The notes under the pieces are model-generated. The model was given only the letters and a program-made list of their open reading frames with translations. It searched no databases and had not been told where the DNA came from. A stretch of 64,000 nucleotides of DNA from Pocillopora damicornis (taxonomy: Eukaryota), in NCBI RefSeq assembly GCF_003704095.1, contig NW_020843882.1, positions 62,001 to 126,000 of the forward strand. Direction: 5' to 3'. Positions within the stretch are counted from its first letter, which is position 1. Each line of letters starts with the position of its first letter. A program made the translations under genes and the position numbers. Positions 12,823 through 25,179 of this stretch are shown here, one piece after another.

Positions 12823-15800
12823 TTAAACCAGTGTCTGAAGATCTTCGATCCAATTGTTGACTGGCCGTATAGACTTGCACTTGGTGTACACCTGAGCTCC
12901 CATTTTCTTTAAGATCGGAAGATCAAATGTAAGAAGCTCATCCGCGTCCTTCAGGCTGTTCATGCGCACAATCACCCAAACCTGTAGGATGTTTGATAAC
13001 ATGAATTTAGAGATGATCAAATACGTTGAGGTGACGAGAGAGGAATGAAAGAAAACTGGAGCATAAGAGGTGTTGGGGGGGAGGGGGGGGNNNNNNNNNN
13101 NNNNNNNNNNNNNNNNNNNNNNNNNTTCCGCTTTGGATGTCAACACTTCAGTCATAATCAATGCCAAGATGACGATCGAATTTTCTCCGTGAGTTGAGCC
13201 TGTTGTCCAGACTGGGAGGTATGCTCTGCTTGTTGTTCAAAAACAGAAACTTAATGCAACCGGAAAACTCTCCCGGGGAAAAAAAACCCAAACATGATTT
13301 TGTTTAGTCGCTTTAACTGTGCAAAAATGATCTAAATCAAAAGGAGTGATCTCGGCGGAGTTTCATACCCAGTTGAACTCTTTATCTGAGCACATAAAGA
13401 TTGAACTTTTAAACCGAAAAACTAGACAGAAAGGCGCTCAAACCTTACAAATAATCGACGTAATTTATTAGTATTTAAGGCAACACTGCACCCTTTCAGT
13501 GTCGTTCGCCCGGTAATTCAAATGAAAAATGCGTCCATTGGGTTGTTTCGTTGTCAGAGGATTTTTTTCCTGGTATGTTCTCAATCATTGATACAAGCAA
13601 ACTGATCAAAAAAAAAAGGGACAAAAAAAAAAAGGGGGAAAATCCAAGTTCAGTCAAGCGAACATGAACTTTTGACCCTCCGAGGGATGCTCTACGACTG
13701 AGGCTCTGCAAGACTCAGGGTAGCCGGTTTTATATAAAAAAAAAAAAAAGCTCTGCACACCGATTGGACATGAAATTGAATTTGAAGCTTTTGTGAAACT
13801 GACTGGAAATGAACTGTGTAGTATTCGACGCCTGATTCTTACCTGTCGTTCTGCCACCACTTTCCACAAGTCCACAATGTCTCCTAGTTTCTTTGCTTCT
13901 ATAGCAGATACTGCTTCGTCAGTCCAAGTGTTGCAAAGATCCAGTTGCGTTATGCCTGATTCAGAGACGAAGAGTCAGTCATAGGACTATACAATCGACG
14001 AACAAAGTCTGTCCTGTGACATGCAAAATGTTATGAAAGAAAATGGTAGTAGTCCTGTGGCTCATGAATTGAATTACACGCATGCGTAAGTGTCAGTGAA
14101 AAAAGAAACCGGTTCCTGGTTCAATAAATTTCTCTAGGAAAATTGATTTTTTTGTGGGAGAACATAACATTGATACATTAGGAGCGAGCTTAGGAACACT
14201 GGAAAACGTTCATTGGTCTTCGTTTGACGAGATAATTACAAACCTCCTATAGTGACCATGAAAAACGGCAATGCAATTAATTATGGTGACTGGAAAAACT
14301 TTCCGTATTTAAACAATTTTGCGCAACATTCTCGGTAAATTCGAGTATCTTTTTAACACTTTAGAGCATATTGTGGACAGCCCCGATTTTAGGTCCTTTC
14401 AGTCTGAATAAGAGGACAACAGGTGCAGCGCTGGGTAGATCACAGAGGTACAAGGACGGTTCTTCATAAGAGAAAAAATTTGAGGCAAACCAACCATTAT
14501 GTACATTCTTAAAGCACCTAAAGGGAATTGACAAAACACCATGAGCAGAGAAGCCACTGTACTGGTGTTATATGAATTTTCTTGGAACGTCTGCAAGTGC
14601 GTTTCGTGACGCATGACCGGTCAAATATTGGCTTCAAACAGACTGGTGAAAAGAGTAAAACGTTATCTCTTAATGTGATATAAACATACCCATATACTCG
14701 ACTCGAGACCACAAGAAGTAATACAATCCCTCTTTGGTCACGCTTTCCACATGAGTCGCGTCCAGGCTCCGATTACATCTCTCGGCAACAGTTCCAGCGA
14801 AATCCTCATAGGGTCTAAAAGGTTTCACCTCGGTTGTGATGCGAACGTCCGCTGATTGTTGCTTTAACAGAGTCGCAAAGCAAATGTCCAGTTGTCCTGG
14901 TGACTCTACACTGAGAACTGGAATGATACAAAATAAAAGAGGGAAATTAGATTCGCAAGGATAAAATTTTAATTTTAAGTAACGTCATGGGCTCCTGGCA
15001 ATGTATAAGATGAAAGATGAACCACCCTGAAAGCGAAGGGTGGTGGTGGGGAGGGGGGGGGGGGGNNNNNNNNNNNNNNNNNNNNNNNNNNNNNNNNNNN
15101 NNNNNNNNNNNNNTTTTTACGAAGATATCCTTTCATTTTACTGAGCTATTTAAGGACAAATGAACAGATTTAGGAAGTAAGTTTCCGAAAAAAATTGTGG
15201 TGCTGCGTCGGTGGGGTTTTCTTTTTTGGTTTTTATCAACCGAGTTGATGATTTAAATTCGTCAGACGAAGGGCTAACGCTCGAAAAGTCCGGTTACCAA
15301 TTTACACGATAAACGACTTAGTTGATAAAAACAAATTATCTCATTTAAGGACAAACTCTGACAGGTTGTGGTATATCGATCTCATCCAGCCACTCAAGGC
15401 AATTAGCAATCCCTGAAATTGCCCTCATTTCAGAATCTGACTGTTTATGAATAACAGAACAAATCGAAGCAGAGCCAAATACAATTAAAAAAATACTAGT
15501 TAGGAATCATTTGAAAAAGCTTGTTGGAGAATATAATGTTGCGTGACAGTGACGTTAGGTTGGTTGAGGAGTACAGTAATTTAATGCAACTCGATTTAGC
15601 GTCTGTTTTGTGTGACCTGAGAACTTAATTTCACAGCTTTCTTGCGTAATAACTTTAGTGTAACCTTTGAGCTGAAGCATTACTATTGCACGACACTCTT
15701 TTTTTGTCTACATAGATCTGTTACTGTTGATAAACCTTTTTGTGATATAATGAAGTCCGGCCGCCTAGAGGTATACATGACATGGTTTCCCTTCGCTACA

Positions 15801-16995
15801 AAGTGACAAAGACCACTTCAACGCACTCACCTCCTATCAGTTTATTTTCTCCGCATATCTGAAAATATAAGATTAAATGAAAAAGAAAGTCATCCTTATT
15901 TTGTTAAAGGGGCGTCTCCCGTTTGGGCGCGTGCAATCTTCTGGGACACTGACATTGTTGAGGAATCATGAAGAATAAGAGTGGTGCCCGAGGTTTTAAA
16001 GTTATTTTTAACACGACAGGCTTCATAAGCGAACAATCATATGAAGTGTATGCTTCGTTCTATGACACCACGCTTGGTTAATAACGCGCATATATCATGA
16101 CCGTTACCTAAAGCAGGACGGTGAAGGATTATGTGGCTACGTTGCGCTTAGCAGTCCTTTGTTTTCCAAAATCGAGTATCCTTTAACATACTTACTTTCT
16201 ATTTTGAACTTTTGACGGGGATGGAAAGGAAAAACCTGCAAACCTCAAAACTCGCGGCCAAACTGAACATGAACTTTCGAATCGCGGAGGTAATATTTTT
16301 GCGCGAAGCAGTTGCTTGCTGACGTCACAAGCGTGCACGATAAGGATATTCGAGGCACGTACGCGTGTACGGTATTGATTTTACTAGCTTGACCACCAGC
16401 TAGATCTCTCGCCAACTCGCGTTGCTCGAGACGCCTTCCTTACTTTGCACGGATGAACGGAACGTCGGCTTACCCTTCTTTGGATCGCAAATTCTTAACC
16501 TACGCAAACCGATCGAAAGGGGCGTTAAAATATACTTAATTTGACATTGAAAATATTTCAGTTGCCTTTTGTAAGTCTGGCATTGTAATAAGCTAATTTA
16601 CATGTCACCGCAATGTCAGCTATTGATTAATGCCGATTAAGGCGGTGGCTAAATGCTTGACAGTCTGAAATTTTTACTGAATTTCTACTGAAAGGTTCTT
16701 TAAAACTTGTTAAGAGTATCAGATGTTTGTTGAGAAATGTCAAGCGATTCTAAAAATTATTTTGGTTCTCAGCAATGTACAAATTTTCCGAGCTTCTGCA
16801 TGCTATAAAATTCCTCGGTTGTCGAAACTCTGCGCTTTTGTTAATTACCTTCCAGAACTGCTTGATTTCCACTCCCGTCGTTTTCGATGGATATGCAATA
16901 AACTCCTCGGCTATATTAAGCCATTTTCGAAACACATTATGCGAGTGTTCTCCCTGGAAGTCAATGGTGGTCTCAAAGTAGTAGAGCAGTCCCAT
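12823..16995 (-). CDS. Tandem-domain muconolactone delta-isomerase-like protein, paralog 3 (224 aa, 5 exons)
   Basis: Exons 16995-16849, 15858-15831, 14917-14690, 13955-13843, 12981-12823; all GT-AG; 675 nt in frame. Product MGLLYYFETT...QFWK ICGENKLIG VLSVESPGQLD...FRPYEDFA...GLYYFLWSRVEYMG ITQLDLCNTWTDEAVSAIEAKKLGDIVDLWKVVAERQ VWVIVRM...FDLPILKKMGAQVYTKCKSIR. Gene structure is secure; the CatC-family call is by motif recognition. Confidence 0.8.
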
Positions 16996-18226
16996 GATGC
17001 TGCCTGTAAGCTAACGACTTCTCTACGGGAAACCGAGGTGAAGGGTGTAAGCATTTGCAGTAACTTGACAAGCTGTATAATAGGCCTTGAGTAACCTGGC
17101 AATTTTGCGTGAGAGCGGCATGTCCAATCAACAATTTTCTTTTTGTTTTTCGGGAAGCAAGAGGGGGTGGGAGAGGACAAAATTTATAGCAATTTGAAAA
17201 TACTGAATTACAATGTGGAAAGAAAGTATCGCACGTGAATAATGATAAGGTCAACTCTCTCTCTCTCTCATTACGCAACCACTTTCCTTACCACCTTAAC
17301 AGTGAACGTTTTGTTTCACAATAAACACACGGAAACGTTTCAAAAACTCTCACCGCTCGATCCTCTTTACAGGCCGTTCTTTAGAAGCAAAGAAACATTT
17401 GCCTGGACCATTCAATTATATTTTGTCTTAATGTATTCCGACAACGATCACGGCTGAGCGCTATCCAGATTTGCTCTCTGAACTTGCAAGACGGGCCGTA
17501 CTTTTAACGTTAGGTCGCCACCCGGATCTGTGTTCTCATGGAGTTTGTTTTACTGAGTCTTTATCTGTCAAGTTTCTATTTAAAGGTTATTTCGGTTTCA
17601 GTACAGCTTGTAATCTTCCTTTTAGTGTCCATTGATGTATGCTTAATGCGAAGAGCCCTGATTGAATGCACAACAAGGCGGTTTTGAAAAATCTCACGCG
17701 AGCCTATCATGCCATGATTCTGGCATGTCCAACGGCCGAGCGCTGGCTAATCCCAAAGAGAGCCAAAAGCTGAAATGGGGCAAAAAAAAAAAACCTTAAA
17801 GTGCAGTGCACTGGAAACAACTTATGTAAATTATTACCTTGAATCGAATGGATTTTCATTTCAATTTTAAATGAATAAGAAAATTGATCAGAAATTGCAT
17901 GGTTTGAAGTTTCGTCACCAGAAGTGATCCCATGCTTAACTCGCCAAATGTGAATCAAACCATAAGTCACGGAGTAGTATTTTATACATTCGATTGCAAA
18001 AGCGTTGACATCTGAAAAGCACGACCGGCGAACGATGAGACCAAGTCAATAGTGACCCCAAATACACACTTGTGAAAACTTAAGAAAAAAATTGAATCAT
18101 TCAGTTTAATTTATTCTTTGAATCAAATAAATCATATTTGTTAGAACAGCGGAGTTTTCAAATTAATCAGAGGAAGGAAAGATCATTGTGCCGGAATAAG
18201 CCAAATATGAATGGGGTAAAAAAAAT

Positions 18227-18337
18227 TATCTGGGCAACTGCCCACCTACCCCTGCCCTAACCCAACAATAGTCTATTGATAATAAGTTAGGGTTAATGTT
18301 GGGTTAGGGGAGGGGTAGGTGGGCAGTTGCCCAGATA
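18227..18337. repeat. Foldback element/MITE with 41-bp inverted arms
   Basis: TATCTGGGCAACTGCCCACCTACCCCTGCCCTAACCCAACA (18227-18267) pairs with 18297-18337 with one mismatch; a related copy lies at 34483-34660. Confidence 0.85.
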
Positions 18338-18388
18338 CTGATATTGATCCAAAAAATCTATGTGATGAAACACATATTTTCAGATTAG

Positions 18389-20243
18389 TTATCTGTTTTC
18401 CGCAGTACTTAGCCGCGAGGAAGACATTCGAAATTGTTCTTTCTCTATTTCCCTGACTTCTCTCATCCAGTCGTCAGCCTGGCGAATAGACTTGCATGTG
18501 ATCTGGACTTTGTCACCCATCTTTTTCATGACAGGCAATTCAAATGATATCTTGTCCAAATCTCCTGGTTTTTCAACACACACAATGGCAAAAACCTATA
18601 AATAGCAGATCAGATCTTTTAGCCACCAATCTTGCCAAGTCATTTTTAATCAATACGCATATTCGCATAAAGGTTAATAAAAAATAGATAAATAAACAAA
18701 TAAATGAGCAAAAGTCTTAGGAAAGTTTAGAAGACTTTAGCAATGCTTTAGCGGACTGCAGCTGTATTATGTAGTAAGCAAAACCTGCAATCGAACTGTT
18801 CGGTTGAGTTCATGCATTTAAGGTTGCATCATCTGAAACAACTCTGAAACCCATGCAAAGCCTAACTACAATTATAAGCTATCCTCCTTTTTGGAAAAAA
18901 AAAAGAGGAAAAGGCAAAATTTAGAGCCAATTATGGAAGTCAAATTGATATTACCTTTCGTTGTGCTACCACTTTCCACAAGTCCCTTACAATTCCAGAT
19001 TTCTTCGCTCCTAAAGCAGCTTTCCCTTCTTCAAACCAGACTTTGAAGAGGTCTTCTTGAGTCATGCCTGGAGAAGGAACAAAAACTAAATTTCATAATC
19101 AAATCAAGGCTACAAAATTATCCTTGACACAAGCAAGAGGACCTCTGTCGCTGCGTGGAACCTAGTTTAAAATTAAAGGAAGACCTAACGTCGTTAACCG
19201 CCTGACTGAATGACTGACTTACTGACTGTCCGGTAGCCTTTGTAGTTGGCGATTTCAGTTAGGTGCGCTAAAGCGATGAACAGCGAAGATGGGAAAGGCT
19301 CGTCAAAGGCAGACTTTCAGTACAGAAAGTTTCATCATTACCTTCATATTCCACTGTAAAAGTGAGAAAGTAATGTAGACCATTTTTTGGTACACAATGC
19401 ACAAGACTGATATTGGTATCTTCCTCCAGCCAGTCTCCAACATTGGCGGCAAAATCTTCATAAGGTCTCAATGGGGTGAACACAGTAGAGATTCCGTTTA
19501 CTAAGTGTTCATAAGAAGACGCAACCCAAGAATCCAGCTCTCCTGGCGAATCCACACTGATGACTGCAGAAAAATGACGAGACGCATTGTTCAGAAGAGC
19601 GATCGATCAGCAAGTGAAAAAATTAGATGAAATTCCAAAGAAAGAAACCTATAGGGATACCCATTAGTAAATAAGCCGTGCTTTTCGTGACAGCAGTTGT
19701 TTCTTATGTTCTTCTTTGAAATTTTGCGCGAGAAATTGGCGAGCAACCGGCTAAAATTGATCCCCCCTACGCATGCCGTAGGTTTGACCGGTGTGCATGT
19801 TCATCACTCGCGCCGCAGCGTTAATAAAAAACTTCACGTAGGCAATCGAGTACTCTGGCATCGATTCGCAGTCTTATATTCTCACCTCCTATCAGTTTGT
19901 GTTCGCCAGGAATCTGTAACCACAAAGAAAAACAAGTAAATGAGACGTTACAGGCACAGTGTGCCGCACGTTGCGTGATGCTCGTCACATAAGGCTTAAT
20001 TTTATATGCTGCATATCTTTGATTTAATATCTTAGCCTATATGACTATGGGCTCAGCAGAGACGATATGCAAATAAACAAACACGAAAGAGAGATCAGGT
20101 TAAAAGTATAAACTGACCTTCCAAATCTCTCTGATGGATAGTGAGCGCGAGCCCTTGAGAGCATTATAGAGAGAAAGACACGAATGAACATATCCCTGTT
20201 CATTGAGCTTCGCAGTAGATTCAAAAAAATAGAGCAACCCCAT
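18389..20243 (-). CDS. Tandem-domain muconolactone delta-isomerase-like protein, paralog 2 (231 aa, 5 exons)
   Basis: Exons 20243-20118, 19913-19886, 19563-19342, 19067-18955, 18595-18389; all GT-AG; 696 nt in frame. Product MGLLYFFEST...EIWK IPGEHKLIG VISVDSPGELD...TPLRPYEDFA...LHYFLTFTVEYEG MTQEDLFKVWFEEGKAALGAKKSGIVRDLWKVVAQRK VFAIVCVEKPGDLDKISFELPVMKKMGDKVQITCKSIR. Confidence 0.82.
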
Positions 20244-21174
20244 TACTTCTGTGGTGGAATTTCGGTTACAAAGAATATCACTCCGCACAGGTTCGTATGC
20301 AGGAATTGGAGCAAAAAGTAGTGATCCCAAGTTCGACACTAACACTTAGATAAGCCCGCACCAAAATTAGTATTTTGAATGCTGAATTTTTATCATCACG
20401 TCCAGTTTAACCTGTTAAATATACGTAGTTTTGCTTGCTAATTACTATGTGGGCTAATTATAATTTCTTTATGCCATCGTTTATTGTTAATTACGTATGA
20501 GTCGGTAGGCTTGCTATTCTATTCGGCCAAAAAAGAATAGAGCAATATTTGTGTTCCTTTCTGAAAATATTTTTGCTTTTTTTGTTTCCGTTTCTTCGTG
20601 ATTCGCAGCTCAGATCTTGCCAAAATCTTAACATATCTTTTTCCACGTGTGTTTTTTTCCAGTTTCGTAATCAAAAGTGATCAAAAAGGAAAACATTACT
20701 CTATATTAGCTTTCATGAAAAAGCTAAGCCAATATACTCGCTCCGGTTGGTTGAAAATCCATTATCTATTGTAAAGAGAAACCCATTGCTTTCTTATGAC
20801 GTCAATAGGGAGCCTTTTCTGTCGTTTTACCAGGATATTAGACCACAGAAAAGCTTCTTAATTACGAGCCGAAGGCAAGGTATTTTACAAACTTTTCTCG
20901 TGACCACTGACATGCGAAGTAGTTTATTTTCCCGATAAACCGATAGAAAGTGCGGTGTAACGCTTGAATATGTTTTGATTGCTACAAGCTCCTTTCTTCA
21001 ATTCTTTTTGTTACTCTCCATGACACGTAACCGAAAAAATATAGGAACCTAGGTAGTAGCGAATAAGTTGAAAAATTACATTTAGATGTATAACAATTTT
21101 ACAAGTCTAATTATGAAGGTCCTATAGCAAAACGTCATCAGATATTAAACCACGTGTTAAACATAGAGTTAAAT

Positions 21175-21412
21175 TAATAAAATGGGATTTAGCAGTGGAC
21201 ATTCCACGAAGTAGCTCTTCTCGTCCGCTGTTACCAGGTCAAATTGTAATTTAGAATGTTGGTTTTTGTAGAGAGAAGAAAAACGAGTGACCGGAAAAAA
21301 ACCCTCAGAGCAAGGACTTAGAACTAACAACAAACACAACCACATGTAATGCCGGGTCCATGAATCGAACTCGGGCCACTATGGTGAGAGGCAAGCGCCA
21401 TCCCTGCTCCCC
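21175..21412 (-). mobile_element. tRNA-derived SINE with conserved central domain
   Basis: Minus strand starts GGGAGCAGGGATGGCGC, has a B-box-like GAGTTCGATTC, then ATGTGGTTGTGTTTGTTGTT...GAGGGTTTTTTTCCGGTCACTCG; a related fragment lies at ~56885-56950. Confidence 0.6.
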
Positions 21413-22043
21413 TGCTGGAGTTGATTTACTGGTTCCGGAATGCTATGCCGAATTTTATCCTGCACAATTAGCCTTTGAATCCAGACTGTTCTGGCAACAG
21501 TCAGCGTGGTTCTACCACTGATTCAGTAAGTGACCTTCTCACCACATTAGCCTTTTTCGAACTTTATATTCACCTCAATAGTATTCCTCTCCATTTCCTT
21601 TGCTGTTTGGCGGCAAAACCCGTTTGGGGCTAACACGGGGAGTGCCCTTTCGAGAATGGGCGTGGTACTATTGGTAAATGCTGCTGGCACTACAGGCGAG
21701 GTGTAGCCATCATTCATATGCCTTCAGTACCCTTTCACGGTAATCACTGCCGTTTTTCTTTCATGCGAGTGCCTACCATGAAAACCGCCGTCGCGCAGGA
21801 AGCACATAAAGAGGAAGAAAGTACGTTGAATAAACACAGACTTTGCAAGATTTGCTTTTCTTATTTTACTGTATTTATCATAATACCCCTCATATGACGA
21901 GCCAAAACTTCCTTACATATAACCTTCCCTGAATAACGCAAATCTGTTCTGGCTTCTTTTCTACAATATTGCTTAGATTTTAGTTCACCGACGAGGATCA
22001 TTGCCTTAATTAATTTTGATCCGCAGGTGAAATGAAATGAAAT

Positions 22044-25000
22044 CTATTTACAATGGTCAGGTAGACTTATGGCGTTATATGTTTCACGCCTGACTTCTTT
22101 GATCCAGTCGTCAGCTTGGCGAAGAGACTTGCATGTGATATGGACTTTGTCTCCCATTTTCTTCATGATAGGCAGGTCAAATGATATCGCGTCCAGATCC
22201 CCTGGTTTGGAAACACACACAATGGCAAACACCTGCAAAATAACAGCCTCGTCATTTATTGCATCCCACAATGATAAATTTACTGCGGTGATTATGCGCT
22301 TATAAGCACATGCTGATACGCCAGCGGGAACCAGGCTTAAACGATCGCAAAGGAGCAGTTTATCGCCAATCATTTCACGTTTTACAGAAACAAAAATTTC
22401 CGAATTTTTTGTTTTGTAGAACATCAGTGTTAGGCAGAACAAGTTCGATCTGCCGTTGAAGGCGTTTTATGTGTTTGGATTGCAAGTTAACGGCCGGTGG
22501 GAAGTCTTAATCCGCCCTCTTACACTCCTTCCGCTCGACAAAATTAAAGCGTTGCAACAAAGGAACTCATAACCCTTCTTACTCATGCATCCGTGCGGTC
22601 ATAGAGTGCACTTCTCCAGTTTTTCATAATTCACTCCCAAGCTACCTGTCAGACGAACTGGATGGTTACAGAAGCGCGCCATGTGAATTAACTGCCCGCA
22701 TGTTACCGATTGAGAGGTATTTTAATACAAAATGAAGGCTCGCTTAGAGACATTTTTGGATCGGACTGACAGGCTCAAACGTTTTGAGACGTCAAAAACA
22801 ATCTTGATAAAAAACTATACAGATTTTCACTTGGGCAAATGATGCAGTTTTAATCTGATAGTCGTAGATATCACTTCCCTATCTGCAAAAACGAACAGAC
22901 TGGACTTGAGAACAGTTTCCGTTACAGCAGTTGTATATGGACGATTTTATTTCGTAATTTCATTGGGTAATTTTTTTAATCCTTGTGAAGTTTTATTTAA
23001 TTCAGCTTAGAGCAGTAATTCTGAAACTTCTATAAACTATCCATCTATCAATCTATCTATCTCGGACAGCTAGACAGATTAACACACCTTTCGTTGTGCC
23101 ACCACTTTCCACAAGTCCAACACAGTTCCAGATTTCTTAGCATCCAGAGCAGCCTTTGCTTCTTCGCGCCAGATTCTGAAGAGGTCTTCCTGAGTCATAC
23201 CTGAAGAAGAAACAAAATTTATGAAATTATAGTCCCAGATCAAACTAAAGCTAAACAACAGAGTCCAGTCTCTCTTTAGGAAACAAAAAGCTTTCTAGCA
23301 CATCGAGGAACTGGCCAGGTAAATATTGATTTAAAGAAGAAGTGATTGTTTAACCACAAAACGAACTGACAGTGGCCATAATGAATTACAGTCGAAACTA
23401 GTTTAATGAGCTCCTTGCTTTTAAAGAAAAAAGAGAAGAAAACTGATTTGCCATATATTTGCCTGGACTCATATGAGTCGCTAGCGTGCCAACCGTACAA
23501 ATAGTAGATTCAATGGGAAGGTACGGGGTGCTTCCGGACCTCTTCCCTTCTCCCCTCCCTTCACCATCAGGTCGGCGAAAGACCAAACGACATAGCAGGT
23601 GCCAGTTTATCAAGCTAACAATCAGAGTAACAGGACCAACCTAGCCGACATGTTCTTACCGTATACGAAGAATAGCGTAATCAAAATCTATACCTTGCAT
23701 GCTTGAGTAGCGAAGGTGTTGCTTTGGGAGTGAAATAAAGTTAAAATCGCAAGTAAAAGAGATTTCCCTTTTAAAAAGAGGATTGAGAGAGAAAAAAATC
23801 GATTTGCTCAGATGTTTCGTGACGTCAAAAGACTTCTTTTATATAAATATAATTCTGCCAACACCTTTACCTTCGTATTCCACAGTAAATGTGAGAAAAT
23901 AATGCAGGCCAGTTCTTGGTACACATTCTACTAGACTAATATTGCTTTCTTCCCCAAGCCTGTCCCCAACAGTAGCAGCGAAATCTTCATATGCCCTAAG
24001 AGGGGTAAAAACGGTAGTAACGTGGATGCTGAAACCTTGCAACCATACGGCGGACTTAAAAAATGCATCCAGCTCTCCTGGGGCCTCCACACTGACGACT
24101 GGAAAGGACAAAAGAATTATTCGGAAAATAAATCAGCATGTGGAAGCGTGAAGCAAGTTCCAAAGAGGAAAATAAACTAAATAAACCTAAAAGAATCTCT
24201 TCATAGTGAGCTATAAAAATTCGCAGATATGATCTACAGTTGTACTTCTTTTGTCATCCTGAGTGTTCAGAAAAAAAGGAAGATCAAATTGTTCTTCAAA
24301 TATCTTAAACATAAAAAAAGGAAAAAGTTGTAAATTGGAAAAAGTTTCAAATTCTTAAAATCCACATACGTTATTGCTTACCCCCAATCAGTCTTGGTTC
24401 TCCAGGAATCTGTAATCAAAGATTACGTCATATATAAGACTTAATTTATCCCTTGATGTCGTTATCCGCTGGTATTCTATTGAATCCGTAAATAATTCTT
24501 TGGATCGGAAAATATAACTTTAACACCAATATCCACCTTTCTTCATTGATTTAGAATGGTTCTTACAAACCTCCATTGGGAATTTCCTCAAACTTTTTTA
24601 AAAAAAGTTAAGTAAAGAAGGAAAATAACTTACAAAAATGTCTCAACTAGTGTCAACAGTCTTGTGTCACGCATTCCTTATTACCCATCCCGCCTTACTT
24701 TCACTACAACTTGCAAGCTTATCTCTCGTTTATCGGATTTTATAAAATTTGTTGAAAGTGCAACTCTACTAGTTGTTACACTGGCATACATTCCGCGCTT
24801 GACTCGGAAAAGATCAGTTATTTTCGAGTAATACGCTGATCATGAATCATATAATTATTAATTCTTCATTGTTTTCGCTCGCCACGAATGCATCCCCAAT
24901 GAAGCGGCCAACATGTAATGAAGATAATATCTCACAGTCATTCATTTAGGGAGCTTCTTTCACTGGGTCATAAAAACAAAAAATATGGAAAAAACAACCT

Positions 25001-25179
25001 GAAGAGAATTCAAGGGCTCAAAATTAAATTATCAAGTATCAGACCTTCCAGAAATGTTTGATGGCTCCTTTCTCACTCAATCTTGTTTGAAGGAAAGCAT
25101 TACAGAAAGAGCTACATAATGAATCATAATCCAATCCAGGAAATTTCGCTGTGGAATCGAAGAAGTAAAGCAACGCCAT
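22044..25179 (-). CDS. Tandem-domain muconolactone delta-isomerase-like protein, paralog 1 (230 aa, 5 exons)
   Basis: Exons 25179-25045, 24409-24382, 24098-23871, 23200-23088, 22232-22044; all GT-AG; 693 nt in frame. Product MALLYFFDST...HFWK IPGEPRLIG VVSVEAPGELD...TPLRAYEDFA...LHYFLTFTVEYEG MTQEDLFRIWREEAKAALDAKKSGTVLDLWKVVAQRK VFAIVCVSKPGDLDAISFDLPIMKKMGDKVHITCKSLR. Confidence 0.82.

Noticed and set aside
12823-25179. Bacterial contamination as the source of the CatC-like sequences
   Set aside because: All three genes have canonical spliceosomal introns, host-type repeats in and around them, and animal genes on both sides.
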